A program made the position numbers and the translations under genes. This document shows, one piece after another, positions 34,949 through 45,143 of a DNA stretch of 64,000 nucleotides. The notes below the pieces were generated by a model that worked only from the letters and a program-made list of their open reading frames with translations, made no database searches and had not been told where the DNA came from. Source of the stretch: a virus; IMG/VR virus record IMGVR_UViG_3300009285_016375, positions 1 to 64,000 of that record. The stretch is one strand, 5' to 3'. The stretch's first letter is position 1, and each line of letters opens with the position of its first letter.

Positions 34949-36550
34949 ATGACCTTTGCCGCGTTCAAGGACGCCCTGCGGGCCGACCTCTGGCCGGAAG
35001 GCGTGCCGGACGAACTGTGGTATGCTGCGGATTTGACGAGTCCCGGCCCCCTGCAGAAGCGGGTGGTGGACGGGTTGTTCGAGCTGCAACGGGTGGTCAG
35101 GCGCTTGCAGCAACACCACCGGGACATTATCCCCTTTTGCGCGACGCTCTTCGAGTGCAGCAGCGGCCTGACCGTGGCCTCAGCCCCGCGCGGCCGGATC
35201 ACGCGCGTGGTGACCCTGGCAGACGACTGCTGCGAAGCCCACTACCATTACACCGACCGCTTGCCGGCGCTGCAGGAATGGTCCGGCGAGTTTGTGGAGC
35301 GCTACGCCCGGCCCAATCGCGAGGCAGATTTGCCCATCGGCGTCGCCTCGGCCAGCGCCGAGCGCGACAAAGACGCCGGGCGGGCGCGTTTCGGTTTTTT
35401 CACCCTTTACCAAGGCCGGCTGTATTTGGGGCCTTGGATTCAGAGCACCGAACGGATCGGGGTGGACTGGGAGGGGTACAAGCGGTCCTGGCTGGAGAGC
35501 GACGAGGTGGACGACGATCCCGAGCTGTTCCGGGCCGTGTGCAATTATGGGTGGTGGGAGTATCTGAAGCGCTGGCCGGAGTATGCCAACACCGACCTGC
35601 GGCAACTGGAGGCGGCTGAGGCGGCGTGGCTGGAAGCGCGGGCCAACCTGATCATCGACGAGAACTTGGAAAGCGTGCCGGACACACCCGAGATGGTGTT
35701 TCCTTCCCGGCGCCGTTTGGCCTGCACCAGTTGCACGGAGGTGTATCCGTGCGACGACCCGACGGCCGGCAGCGAGGCGAGCGACAGCAGCCAAGTGTTT
35801 GCGGTGGTCAGCGATTTTGGGACCGACCTGCCGGAAGACCCGGAGGAAGTGGCGGCTTTGGTGGCGGGCTGGAGCCCGCAGTTCATTGCCACCACTGGCG
35901 ACAACATCCAGGAGGACGCCGGGGAGGGCGATTACGTGGAGTTGGTCAAGCCGCTTTACGGGGCCTACATCACCGGCCATCTGGCCAGCACCCGTTTTTT
36001 CCCGGCGCTGGGCAATCACGATTTGAACGACGCCAGCCTGGCGGATTACCAGGCGTTTTTCACGCTGCCAGGCAACGAGCGCTATTACCAGGTGCGGCGC
36101 GGGTTTGTGGAGTTGTTCATCCTGAACAGCAACAGCAGCGAGCCGGCCGGGCGCAGCAGCACCAGTGCTCAAGCCAAATGGCTGGAAGCCATGGCGGCCC
36201 TGAGTTCGGCGCCGTGGAAGATCGCGCTCTTCCATCACCCGCCGTATAGCTCGGTGGACGGAGCGGCGGTGGCGGCCCTGCAATGGGATTTCAAGAAACT
36301 GGGCCTGGACCTGGTGCTGAGCGGGCACGCCCACGTGTATGAGCGGCTGGTGGTCAATGGGCTGACTTATCTGGTCTGCGGCTTGGGCGGGGCGGCCCTG
36401 ACCAGTTTCGGCACAGTCTCGCCTTACAGCCAATACCGTTACGCCTCCGAGCACGGCGCCCTGAAGATTACGGCTTCCTGCCAGCAACTGCTGATTGAAC
36501 CGACGAACACAGACGGAAATGTCATCGAGACGGTGACGCTGACGAAATGA
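34949..36550 (+). CDS. head-tail-adaptor-like domain fused to a calcineurin-like metallophosphoesterase
   Basis: C-terminal SDFG, TGDNI, LGNHD, FHHPPY, SGHAHVYER. The N-terminus MTFAAFKDALRADL is adaptor-like by position. Confidence 0.8.
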   Translation: MTFAAFKDALRADLWPEGVPDELWYAADLTSPGPLQKRVVDGLFELQRVVRRLQQHHRDIIPFCATLFECSSGLTVASAPRGRITRVVTLADDCCEAHYHYTDRLPALQEWSGEFVERYARPNREADLPIGVASASAERDKDAGRARFGFFTLYQGRLYLGPWIQSTERIGVDWEGYKRSWLESDEVDDDPELFRAVCNYGWWEYLKRWPEYANTDLRQLEAAEAAWLEARANLIIDENLESVPDTPEMVFPSRRRLACTSCTEVYPCDDPTAGSEASDSSQVFAVVSDFGTDLPEDPEEVAALVAGWSPQFIATTGDNIQEDAGEGDYVELVKPLYGAYITGHLASTRFFPALGNHDLNDASLADYQAFFTLPGNERYYQVRRGFVELFILNSNSSEPAGRSSTSAQAKWLEAMAALSSAPWKIALFHHPPYSSVDGAAVAALQWDFKKLGLDLVLSGHAHVYERLVVNGLTYLVCGLGGAALTSFGTVSPYSQYRYASEHGALKITASCQQLLIEPTNTDGNVIETVTLTK

Positions 36551-39114
36551 AATTTCCCATCGAACGGGTAGCGTCTTGCCGGCTGTCAGCCGATGATCCC
36601 AGCAGCACTTGTGACTTGGCGAGCCAGCCGAACACGGGGGAGATAGAGCAATGCTCCGACCCGGCCTTTGCCGCGGCCCACCCGGCGCTGTGCCGGAACT
36701 ACCCGCGGCTGCGGATTCAGCCCAGCCTGGCCACGGTGTTAGTGAATGAGGATGTAGATTTTCAAGCCTTCGTGACCCAAGGGGGCATCGAGCAGGCCCT
36801 GGACGATGACAGCGGAGTGGTCTGGACGCTCTCGGATCAAACGGTGGCGGTGATCGGCGGGCGCAGTGGCAAGGCCACCGGCGTCACCGCGGGCACCGTG
36901 CAGATTTCAGCGGTTTGGCAGAATTTGACGGCTTCCGCGCAGTTGACGGTGTTGGCCGCCGGGGGCGAAGGGGCCGGGTGCCAGGGCAAACACGTGGGGG
37001 TGGTGGTGGTGCTGGATAAGAGCAAATCCATGAGCCAGGGTTTTGGGGGCGGGTTTTCGAGCAAGCTGGCTTACGGCAAGGCCGCGGCCAAGCTGCTGGC
37101 CAACAGCCTGGACTTGACCAAGGACACCATTGGATTGGTCTCGTTCCATGCCACCGCCACGGAGGAACTGGGACTGACCACGGATTTGGCCGCCTTCGAG
37201 ACGGCGGTAAATGGCGTGGCTCAAAGTGAGAACGGCACGTCCCTGTTGAGCGGGGTGCGGGCGGCGGTGGAGATGCTGGAGGCGGCGGGAAACGATTACT
37301 CGGTGGTGGCGCTGATTACGGACGGCAACGACAGCGGCTTGTTCGGAAGCAACAGTGTGCCGGCGGAACTGAGAACGGCGGTGCCCAACACCATGAGCCT
37401 GGCTGTGCTGGGGACGCGGGCCAGCGGGCCGGGATTCCATTTGCTGCGGGACCTGACCATCAACGGCTTTTTCGTGAACGGTTACGCGGAGGGCGGGGTG
37501 GAGAACGGAGCGGATGAGGCGTTCGCGCAGTTGAAGCGGTATTTCTGCGGGTGTGGGGAAACGACCCGGCCGTGTGCGTCTATCTTCATGCCGCGGTTGA
37601 ACTACACTGGTTTTGCCAATTGGGAGGTCACGGGCTTGGTGGATTTGATCGGCGGGTTCGAGCCGTGGACCTTGTTTGATTTTCTGCCCGGCAACGGACT
37701 TTACCCGGACATGGTGGGGAGCCCCAATCCGGGGCAGAGTGGGTTGGGGCGGCTGACTTTGAAAGCGTCCCAGCAACCGACCTTCACTGCGGCTGCCAAT
37801 TACACCCTGACGGTGCGCCTGGCGGGAAACCAGCGGGAAGGAAGCGCGACCCAGGTAAAACTGAAGGTGGGCACATTGCTGGCGGAACAGAGTGTCAATT
37901 TCGCGGCTTCAGACTGGACCCAGGATTTCACCGATCACGAGTATGAATTCGTGGGCGACGGGGCGGCGCACGCGGTGGAGATTTGGCAGTCGAGGGGCTG
38001 TGTCAACCCTGCGTTCGGCAACTTGTTGAAGTCAGTCACGATCCGCAACGCCGACACGGACGCGCTGGTGTTCCACGATGTTTTCAACACGGAAAACTAC
38101 CAGGCCGTGGATTGCGGGGCCGTGGATTGCGGCGGCCACGGTTTCTGGAACGGCTACCGGTGCGTGTATCGCTGCCAGGAAGTGACGGTGCCGACGGCCC
38201 AGCCTGACCCCGCTCCCTTGACGGATAATGAGAGCGAGGCGGCACCGGATTTCTGGACCAGCCAGCAGACCTACACCCGGACGTGTGCCGAAGGGATACT
38301 GGTGACGGGCACCGGCACGGCCAGCAGCAGCCTGAGCCAGGCGCACGCGGACGCCCAAGCTCTGGCGCGCGCCCAAGCGGCGGCCGTGTGCCCAAGCGGG
38401 GAACTGGCCCCCAACGATTTCATGCTGATCCATTTCGAGCGCGGCATGAACTATGGGTCGGAGGATGCCGCCCGCTGGCCCACTACGCGCATCAAAGGGT
38501 TGGGGTTGGTGCCGGTGGGCGCGACCAATGACGTATGGAACCAACCCAGCGTGGATTTGCTGGAAGGGGTGCTGGCGCAAATAGATAATGGGTTCTATTT
38601 GGAGGACAACGGGGGGGCCACTACTTCCAGTTGGATGCCGGTCGAATATTCTTCCTTGCAACATTTGTCCGGGGTCAGCAGCACGCATTATGCCCCGATC
38701 TCGTTGGGCCAGGCCGGGCCGGAGTTTTATCAGCGGACGGAAGTGATGCAGGAGGAGCAATACCGGACCATCCACAATCTGCCGGCGGGCAACTACGATG
38801 TGTATGTGTGGGGCGCGGCCCGGAACGCAGACGGGAAGGACGGCGGGCTGGCCACCACCCAGATGTATGGGGGCCGGTTCAACCTGGAAGTGCTGGATGC
38901 CGACGGAGCGGTGGATACCGATCTGGGCGCCAAGGAACACACCCTGGCCGACCCGGACGTGCTGAGCAATTGGCCGCTGGTGGAAGACCAGGATTACGTG
39001 CGCTGGAGCGTGGCGCCGGTGCCGGCCGGCGGGTCGTTGCGGGTGACGGTCAAACAGCCCAGCGGCGGCGGCTGGCTGGTCATCAGCGGCATCCAGATTC
39101 AGCGTTTTCCATGA
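36547..39114 (+). CDS. Ig-like (Big_2) + vWA domain virion protein
   Basis: VVWTLSDQTVAVI....GKATGVTAGTVQISA; vWA MIDAS VLDKSKSM, GTSL, LITDG. Confidence 0.8.
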   Translation: MKFPIERVASCRLSADDPSSTCDLASQPNTGEIEQCSDPAFAAAHPALCRNYPRLRIQPSLATVLVNEDVDFQAFVTQGGIEQALDDDSGVVWTLSDQTVAVIGGRSGKATGVTAGTVQISAVWQNLTASAQLTVLAAGGEGAGCQGKHVGVVVVLDKSKSMSQGFGGGFSSKLAYGKAAAKLLANSLDLTKDTIGLVSFHATATEELGLTTDLAAFETAVNGVAQSENGTSLLSGVRAAVEMLEAAGNDYSVVALITDGNDSGLFGSNSVPAELRTAVPNTMSLAVLGTRASGPGFHLLRDLTINGFFVNGYAEGGVENGADEAFAQLKRYFCGCGETTRPCASIFMPRLNYTGFANWEVTGLVDLIGGFEPWTLFDFLPGNGLYPDMVGSPNPGQSGLGRLTLKASQQPTFTAAANYTLTVRLAGNQREGSATQVKLKVGTLLAEQSVNFAASDWTQDFTDHEYEFVGDGAAHAVEIWQSRGCVNPAFGNLLKSVTIRNADTDALVFHDVFNTENYQAVDCGAVDCGGHGFWNGYRCVYRCQEVTVPTAQPDPAPLTDNESEAAPDFWTSQQTYTRTCAEGILVTGTGTASSSLSQAHADAQALARAQAAAVCPSGELAPNDFMLIHFERGMNYGSEDAARWPTTRIKGLGLVPVGATNDVWNQPSVDLLEGVLAQIDNGFYLEDNGGATTSSWMPVEYSSLQHLSGVSSTHYAPISLGQAGPEFYQRTEVMQEEQYRTIHNLPAGNYDVYVWGAARNADGKDGGLATTQMYGGRFNLEVLDADGAVDTDLGAKEHTLADPDVLSNWPLVEDQDYVRWSVAPVPAGGSLRVTVKQPSGGGWLVISGIQIQRFP

Positions 39115-41648
39115 AGCTGCGCCTGACAGCCCCCAGCGATGAGACGAGCAGTTTTGGCCTTCAGGCCAGCAAAAGCCAGCAGGCGTTGAGCAAGTTGGGG
39201 GTAGTCTGGGATGAGAGCGCGGAGACCGAACTGAGATTTGGGCACCCGCTGCAAGGCACGGACAAAAAGGCCCGGCGGCTGGTCTGGTGCACGAACTGGG
39301 AAGCGCCGCGGCTGACGGCGGAGGCCAAAGCCAAGCTGGCCCAGGCGGACCTTTTGCTGGTGCCGTCCCACTGGACGGCCACGGTGTTTTCAGCCGCCGG
39401 CCTGGATAATGTGCAGGTGGTGCCGCTGGGGTATGAGCCGGCGGTGTTCTACAGCATCAAAAAGGCCCAGGCCCAGCGGCCCTTTGTCTTTGGCTGCGCC
39501 GGAGACGCCCGGAGCGGGGTGCGGCGCAAGAACCTGGAACAGGTGGTGCGCTGTTTTCAGGCGGCCTTCGGGGAGAGCAAGGAAGTGCGGTTGCACGTCA
39601 AATGCCGGGCGGGCCACCTGGCCAGCCCGCAGCCGAACGTGCTGGTGGATACGGTGCGGATGAGCGAAGCGGAGGTGGGGCACTGGCATCGGGCACTGGA
39701 TTGCTTTGTAAATCTGGCCACGGGCGGTTTTGAACTGCATATCTTGCAGAGCATGGCTTGCGGGGTGCCGGTGGTCAGCCATGCGTTTGGGGGGCACACG
39801 GATTATTTCCACGAGCGGAACGGGCTGGTGGTGGCACACAGCTTGGAGCCGGCGCAAGAGACCTGGGCCGGGTGCGGGTTGTGGGCCACGGTCAAGGATG
39901 AAACGCTGATGGAAGCGATGCGCTGGGCGGCGCGGGAGCGGGCGTATGCCGAAAGCATCGGGTGGAGTGCGGCTTACTGCGTGCTGGAGCTGACGTGGGA
40001 GAAGCACGGGCAACGCCTGGCTGAGCTGCTGGGAGAGCCCGAGGAAGCCGCGCCTGACAGTTTCACCGCGCCGGTGCGGGTGAAGCCAGTGAACACGCCC
40101 GCGAAGCCTGCGAAACCAGTGCGTGTCCGGCTCCTTTACCAGGAATACACACCGGACGCCGACACCCGCGGACGGATCGAATTTGCCAGGACCAGTTGGG
40201 ACCTGGCGGCTGGTTCCGGCGTGACTGTGGAGTTCGTCCCCTTCCGCGTCTCCGACCTGCCCAGGAATGCGGGGGAGGTGGGCGATGACCGGCAATGTCC
40301 GTTCGTGAAGGATGTGTTCAACTACGGCCTCCAGGGTTGCGACGATGATACGGTCATTGCCTATGTCAACGCCGATGTCGCGCTCTGCCAGGACTGGTTC
40401 GAGACGGCCCGGCCGTGGATCGGGCAGTGTGGCTGCTGGTATTCCAACCGGTGGGACGTGAGCCGGTTCGGCCGGGCGGTGACGCCCGAGTGGCTGGCCC
40501 GTAGCCCTGGTGCGGCGGCCACGGTGGGAGCCGATCTCTTCACCTTCACGCCGGAATGGTGGCGTAACCATCGCGACCAGATGCCGGATATGATCCTGGG
40601 GTATGAGGGGTGGGACTTCGCGTTTCAGTGGCTGATGCAGGCATCGGGGTTTGACCCGGCCAAGTCCCGGATGGTGATCTATCACGAAAGGCACTCGTCG
40701 TTCTGGTCCCGTTCCGTGAATCTCTCCAGGCACCCTGCCCAGGTTTACTGCCGCAAGGCTGGCTTGGACTGGGCGACCCAGAGGGGCCTGCTGCACTATG
40801 TCGGAGGGCGTCACGGTTATTTGTTCCGTGGGTTGTCGAATGCGCGCGCCAGGCGGCAACCGAAAGGGTTGCCTAAACTGGCCATCCTGGGCCTGGCCAG
40901 GAATTGCGCCCACACCCTTGTGGGACTGACTCGAAGCCTGAGCCCTTTGCTGGAACGATGGCAGTGTGCTGCGTGGGTCTGTGCTGGGGATAACGACACT
41001 GCCGGAGCACTCGACGCCTGGCAGGAGGAGGCGATGCCCGTCTTTCAAGTGGCCGAACCGCCGGCACGCCACGGCGAGAGCCGATACGGGCGGCTGGCCA
41101 GCCTGCGGAACGCGGTCCTCGACGCCTGGCAGGAGAGCGGGTTCGGTGCCGAGACAGTGCTGTGGCTGGACATGGACGCGGCGAAGATGAGGGATGAGGG
41201 CGGGCTTGCCAGGGTGGCCAAAGCGGAGTGGTCGGGTGTGGCTACGCTGGGCCTGGCTGCCGCCAGCAAGGTGAATGGATACCATTGCGGGCCGGTCCTC
41301 AACCGCTACGGCCGGGACTGGGTGTACTACGACACGTTGGCCCTGGAGACGGTGGATGGGGCGCGCTACCTCTGGCCGGACATATCGCACCCGGCCTCCT
41401 GGTATTCACATGGGACTGTGCCCGCCGGCACGACGTTCCTGGCCTGCACCCCACCCTTGAAGCTGGATGGGTGGCAGGAGGTGAACAGCGCTTTCGGGCC
41501 GGCGACGTTCTACCGGTGGGCGGACATCGAAGGGTTGCGCTACGACGAGCACGCGCAACAGTGCGAACACCAGTCGTTTCACCAGAGCCTTCGGGAGCGG
41601 GGTGGGCGCATCGCCCTGGCAAATGACATCATCTTTCTATACGCGTGA
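39111..41648 (+). CDS. multidomain glycosyltransferase (GT-B/GT4-like plus two GT-A-like domains)
   Basis: VPSHW, RKNLEQVV..F, GGFELHILQSMACGVPVV; YVNADV; LARNC, RLASLRN, LDMD, YYDTLAL, VNSAFG, CEH. Confidence 0.85.
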   Translation: MKLRLTAPSDETSSFGLQASKSQQALSKLGVVWDESAETELRFGHPLQGTDKKARRLVWCTNWEAPRLTAEAKAKLAQADLLLVPSHWTATVFSAAGLDNVQVVPLGYEPAVFYSIKKAQAQRPFVFGCAGDARSGVRRKNLEQVVRCFQAAFGESKEVRLHVKCRAGHLASPQPNVLVDTVRMSEAEVGHWHRALDCFVNLATGGFELHILQSMACGVPVVSHAFGGHTDYFHERNGLVVAHSLEPAQETWAGCGLWATVKDETLMEAMRWAARERAYAESIGWSAAYCVLELTWEKHGQRLAELLGEPEEAAPDSFTAPVRVKPVNTPAKPAKPVRVRLLYQEYTPDADTRGRIEFARTSWDLAAGSGVTVEFVPFRVSDLPRNAGEVGDDRQCPFVKDVFNYGLQGCDDDTVIAYVNADVALCQDWFETARPWIGQCGCWYSNRWDVSRFGRAVTPEWLARSPGAAATVGADLFTFTPEWWRNHRDQMPDMILGYEGWDFAFQWLMQASGFDPAKSRMVIYHERHSSFWSRSVNLSRHPAQVYCRKAGLDWATQRGLLHYVGGRHGYLFRGLSNARARRQPKGLPKLAILGLARNCAHTLVGLTRSLSPLLERWQCAAWVCAGDNDTAGALDAWQEEAMPVFQVAEPPARHGESRYGRLASLRNAVLDAWQESGFGAETVLWLDMDAAKMRDEGGLARVAKAEWSGVATLGLAAASKVNGYHCGPVLNRYGRDWVYYDTLALETVDGARYLWPDISHPASWYSHGTVPAGTTFLACTPPLKLDGWQEVNSAFGPATFYRWADIEGLRYDEHAQQCEHQSFHQSLRERGGRIALANDIIFLYA

Positions 41649-42298
41649 CACCTATGAGATTCGAGCTGGAAGAATGGTCCGGACTGCTGCTCCTGCCCAA
41701 CGACAACCTGGCCACGCCCAAGATCAAGGCGGCGGGGCGGCTGGACTGGGATAGGAACTTTGCAAACATCCCGGAGGTGGCCGCGTTGCAGCCGGGTCAG
41801 GTGGTGTTTGACGTGGGGGCGTTTATAGGCGACACGACGCGACTGTTCCTGAACCTGGGATGTGAGGTGCATGCGTTCGAGCCGCGCCCGGACACATTCG
41901 TCTGCCTGCTGCATAACTGCCCGGAAGCTCACTGTTACAACGTGGCGCTGGGGACCGGTCAAAGGTTTGAGACGGCCACCGCCACCGGGGGCAACCTGGG
42001 AGGCTACCCGTTGCGCGACGGCCTGCGCTACGCGGTGGGGTTGGATGCATTATGCGCCCAGAGGCTGGATTTCCTGAAGATCGACACAGAAGGGATGGAT
42101 GCCGAGGTGCTGAGTGGTGGTATAAAGACTGTCATGGCCTATCATCCAACCATCCACATCGAGTGCAACCCGGCCGCCCTGGCCGGCTTCGGCCGGACCG
42201 AAACCGACCTGATAGGCGTTCTGAAATGTCTTGGCTATACCCGGTTCCAGGAGACTTACCGGTATGGGGATTCGCACTGGGACCTGGTGTGCGTATGA
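41645..42298 (+). CDS. FkbM family methyltransferase
   Basis: VFDVGAFIG, VHAFEP, FLKIDTEGMDAEVL.G. Confidence 0.9.
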   Translation: MTPMRFELEEWSGLLLLPNDNLATPKIKAAGRLDWDRNFANIPEVAALQPGQVVFDVGAFIGDTTRLFLNLGCEVHAFEPRPDTFVCLLHNCPEAHCYNVALGTGQRFETATATGGNLGGYPLRDGLRYAVGLDALCAQRLDFLKIDTEGMDAEVLSGGIKTVMAYHPTIHIECNPAALAGFGRTETDLIGVLKCLGYTRFQETYRYGDSHWDLVCV

Positions 42299-43035
42299 AA
42301 CACATCGACCTCAGGCTGTTCGCTGGCGAAAACGACGTGTTCGAGACGGCTTACCATCAGGTCGTTTCAAAGGTGGATATGTTTGTGGTGGTCGAGTGCC
42401 TGCGCGCTTTCGGGGGGAAGATGTTGGAAGCCCCGTGTTTCACCCACAGCAGCTTGCCGAAGGTGAGGCACATCGTGCTGGATGATGTGCCTGGAACCAA
42501 CCGTCGCGAGAGACAGCATGCTCTCCGGCAGAGCGCCACGGAGTGGATTCCAGGAGGGACCGGCCCGGAGGACATCGTGTGCTTTGGGGACTGCGACGAG
42601 ATCGCCCATGAAGAGACATGGGACAAGGCCGAAGCGATCCTGGCGGAACACCCCGAGGTCACCGTGGCTGGATACCTGGAGGAGCGGCAGTTCTTCGCGA
42701 ACTGGGAGGTGCCGGGCGTGGTGAACCGGCGCCTGAAATTTGTGCGGGGCCGCAAGTTCAACGAGCAGGGGATGCACGCCTTGCGCTGGTCCGAGGACAA
42801 TACTGTGATTGAGCGAGCTGGGTGGCACCTGGCCTACTGTGGTGGGCCGTGGCCCTACGCCGTCAAAGCCGATCGTTACGGCCGAACCCGCCCCAACGAC
42901 GCCCTTCAGACATGGTGGGGGCACGTCCGAAACCGCCGGGCTGTTGACGGTCAAGTGATCAACACGCAGGGCCTATGGCCAACGGCCATTAACGCCCGCC
43001 ACCACCTGACCGAGACGTTGCTGTATTTCCCATGA
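42295..43035 (+). CDS. GT17-like glycosyltransferase
   Basis: VDMFVVVE, RE...R, GDCDEI, AGWHLAY.GG. Confidence 0.75.
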   Translation: MKHIDLRLFAGENDVFETAYHQVVSKVDMFVVVECLRAFGGKMLEAPCFTHSSLPKVRHIVLDDVPGTNRRERQHALRQSATEWIPGGTGPEDIVCFGDCDEIAHEETWDKAEAILAEHPEVTVAGYLEERQFFANWEVPGVVNRRLKFVRGRKFNEQGMHALRWSEDNTVIERAGWHLAYCGGPWPYAVKADRYGRTRPNDALQTWWGHVRNRRAVDGQVINTQGLWPTAINARHHLTETLLYFP

Positions 43036-43096
43036 AGCCGCGCTCTCAGTTCACAACGGTCCGCCCGGTGGGTTTGACGCAGATCGCCGCGAAGTT

Positions 43097-44035
43097 ATGA
43101 TCCCCGCGCTTTCCAGATTTACCGGGCAGGCGGTGCAGACGCTGGGGGTGATGACCGACAATGCGTCGGGCATCGCCTATTGCGGGACCACCAACACCTT
43201 GTTCGTGGTGCGCAACAAGACGGGCGGCGCGCCCCCGCCGGTGCTCTACGAGTATTCGATTGCCGGCGCGCATCTGCGGACCATCACCTTGACCGGGTTC
43301 GATGACGTGGAAGGCATCTGTTGGACCGATGAGAACGATTTCTGCCTGGTGGAAGAGGATAACGCGCATCTCTGCTTGGTGACGATTACCGCCGGGACCA
43401 CCACCTTGGATAAGACGGCTGATGCCACGGTGATTGATACCGGCCTGGGGCCGCTGGGCAATACCGGCCTGGAAGGCGTGACCTACGACCGGACCAACGA
43501 CTGGTTCTATGCGGTCAAGGAAAAGACGCCCATCGCGGTTTATAAGGTGGAGATGGATGGAACGACCACCGCCTTGTTTGACGCGCCGGCCCTGCTGGGG
43601 GGGACTGTCACGGATTTGGCGGGTTGTTACTACGATAATAGCGACGGGCACCTGTATGTGCTGAGCGAGGAATCGAACGTGATTCTGAAGCTGGAATTGG
43701 ACGGGGAAATCCTGGAGAGTTCCACCTTGCCGGCGGCTTTGACTCAGCCGGAGGGGATCACCTTTTCGGAAACCGGCAGACGGCTATGGATCGTGGGCGA
43801 GGCCAATGAACTGCGGATTTGCGCGGCGGCGGGTTCGCCGGTCTTGCCCAGTGAATTCAGCCACTTGGTGCCTGATCCCAATGAAGCCGTTTGGAGCATC
43901 TGGGCCAAGTTTTACGCGCAATCGTTTTTGTGGGAGAAATGGCGGCACTATGCGTTTGGCGGCCAGAACGCCATTACCCCGGAGTTCGAGGCGGATTTGT
44001 GCGAGGCGCGCAACCGGGAACTGGAGGATAGTTGA
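43097..44035 (+). CDS. SdiA-regulated/YjiK-like beta-propeller protein with C-terminal extension
   Basis: ASGIAY, DVEGI, GLEGVTYD, LYVLSEES, QPEGITF...LWIVGEAN. Confidence 0.8.
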   Translation: MIPALSRFTGQAVQTLGVMTDNASGIAYCGTTNTLFVVRNKTGGAPPPVLYEYSIAGAHLRTITLTGFDDVEGICWTDENDFCLVEEDNAHLCLVTITAGTTTLDKTADATVIDTGLGPLGNTGLEGVTYDRTNDWFYAVKEKTPIAVYKVEMDGTTTALFDAPALLGGTVTDLAGCYYDNSDGHLYVLSEESNVILKLELDGEILESSTLPAALTQPEGITFSETGRRLWIVGEANELRICAAAGSPVLPSEFSHLVPDPNEAVWSIWAKFYAQSFLWEKWRHYAFGGQNAITPEFEADLCEARNRELEDS

Positions 44036-44038
44036 AGC

Positions 44039-45142
44039 ATGGCCAGCACCGTGACATTGAGTGAATTGAGAGCCACGCTGCCCACCAGCGACAAGACGGT
44101 TTGTCAAAAGCTGCTGGCGGTGCCGGAGCACATTGACCTGGTGGCGGAGGACGTGGCCTGGATGTTCACGGACGCCGGGGCCCTGTCCAGCGATCTTCAG
44201 GCTATGATCTGCGCCTTGAGTTGCTTTGCGCCACCCGCCCTGCCCGCGCCGGATGTCTGCGCGGACATTTTGCTGGTTGGATCAGTGGTGAGCGGCAACC
44301 ATTACAACAGCGTCCGGTTCCGGGCGGGGGCCATGACCGCCGGCTACAACTGGACCTTGCAACAAAGCCCCGACGCGGCGGCGTGGTCTGACCTGGCCAG
44401 TGGCATCACGACTGGGAGTGAGATCACCTACAAGCATGAGAACCTGGCCAATGGCACGGCGGTTTATTACCAGATGACCGTGAGCAAAACAGGCTGCCCA
44501 GCCATTGACCCGGCGGAAACGAGCGGCACGCCCAGCGGCTGTGACGCGCCGAACGTGACCTTGACCATCACCTCGCCGGCCGCGCGCACGGCGCGATTGA
44601 CGTTGACTGGCCTGCCGGAAACGGGTTGGACGGTGTGGATTTACAGCAGCACCGACCCGCGCCAGTTCGGCAGCCAGGTGGTCCTGGCCACGGTGGGCGA
44701 TTACAGCTACGAAGACAGTAGTTTGAATGAGACGTTGACCTACTATTATCTGGTGCAAGTGCAGGAGCCAAGTGGCGAATGCCCGCCTTTGCCCGGGGTG
44801 CGGGGCAGCGTGCGTCCGATGGCCCCGGCGGTGACGGCCCCGGCGGCTCAATTGAGCGGGCACGTGGTGAGTTGGGCCAACGTGGATGGGGCGGTGAAGT
44901 ACCGGGTGTATCGGAAGGCGACCTACCAGGACAGTTTCGCCTATGTCCACGTGCGGGACGTGGCTGCAGGCAGCGGCGGCGAAAGCAGCTTCAGCATCGT
45001 GGCAGGGGACTGGCCCGCCAACTACCCGTTCTACGGCACGCGCACCCGGAGGAGTTACCATATTTCAGTGGTGAGCGTTAACGCGGCGGGGGCGGAAAGC
45101 CCGCATTCGAGCGCGCCCATCACTTTCCTGGAGGAGGTATAG
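44039..45142 (+). CDS. fibronectin-III-like virion protein
   Basis: LANGTAVYYQMTV, YYYLVQ, SWANVDGAVKYRVYR, VVSVNAAGAES; paralog of the next gene. Confidence 0.7.
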   Translation: MASTVTLSELRATLPTSDKTVCQKLLAVPEHIDLVAEDVAWMFTDAGALSSDLQAMICALSCFAPPALPAPDVCADILLVGSVVSGNHYNSVRFRAGAMTAGYNWTLQQSPDAAAWSDLASGITTGSEITYKHENLANGTAVYYQMTVSKTGCPAIDPAETSGTPSGCDAPNVTLTITSPAARTARLTLTGLPETGWTVWIYSSTDPRQFGSQVVLATVGDYSYEDSSLNETLTYYYLVQVQEPSGECPPLPGVRGSVRPMAPAVTAPAAQLSGHVVSWANVDGAVKYRVYRKATYQDSFAYVHVRDVAAGSGGESSFSIVAGDWPANYPFYGTRTRRSYHISVVSVNAAGAESPHSSAPITFLEEV

Positions 45143-45143
45143 A

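Noticed and set aside
38631-39110. N-terminal extension of the 1005-aa glycosyltransferase ORF; similar extensions at 23800, 22818, 42052 and 16485
   Set aside because: They overlap well-supported genes. Downstream ATGs with stop/start coupling or their own promoter give better starts.
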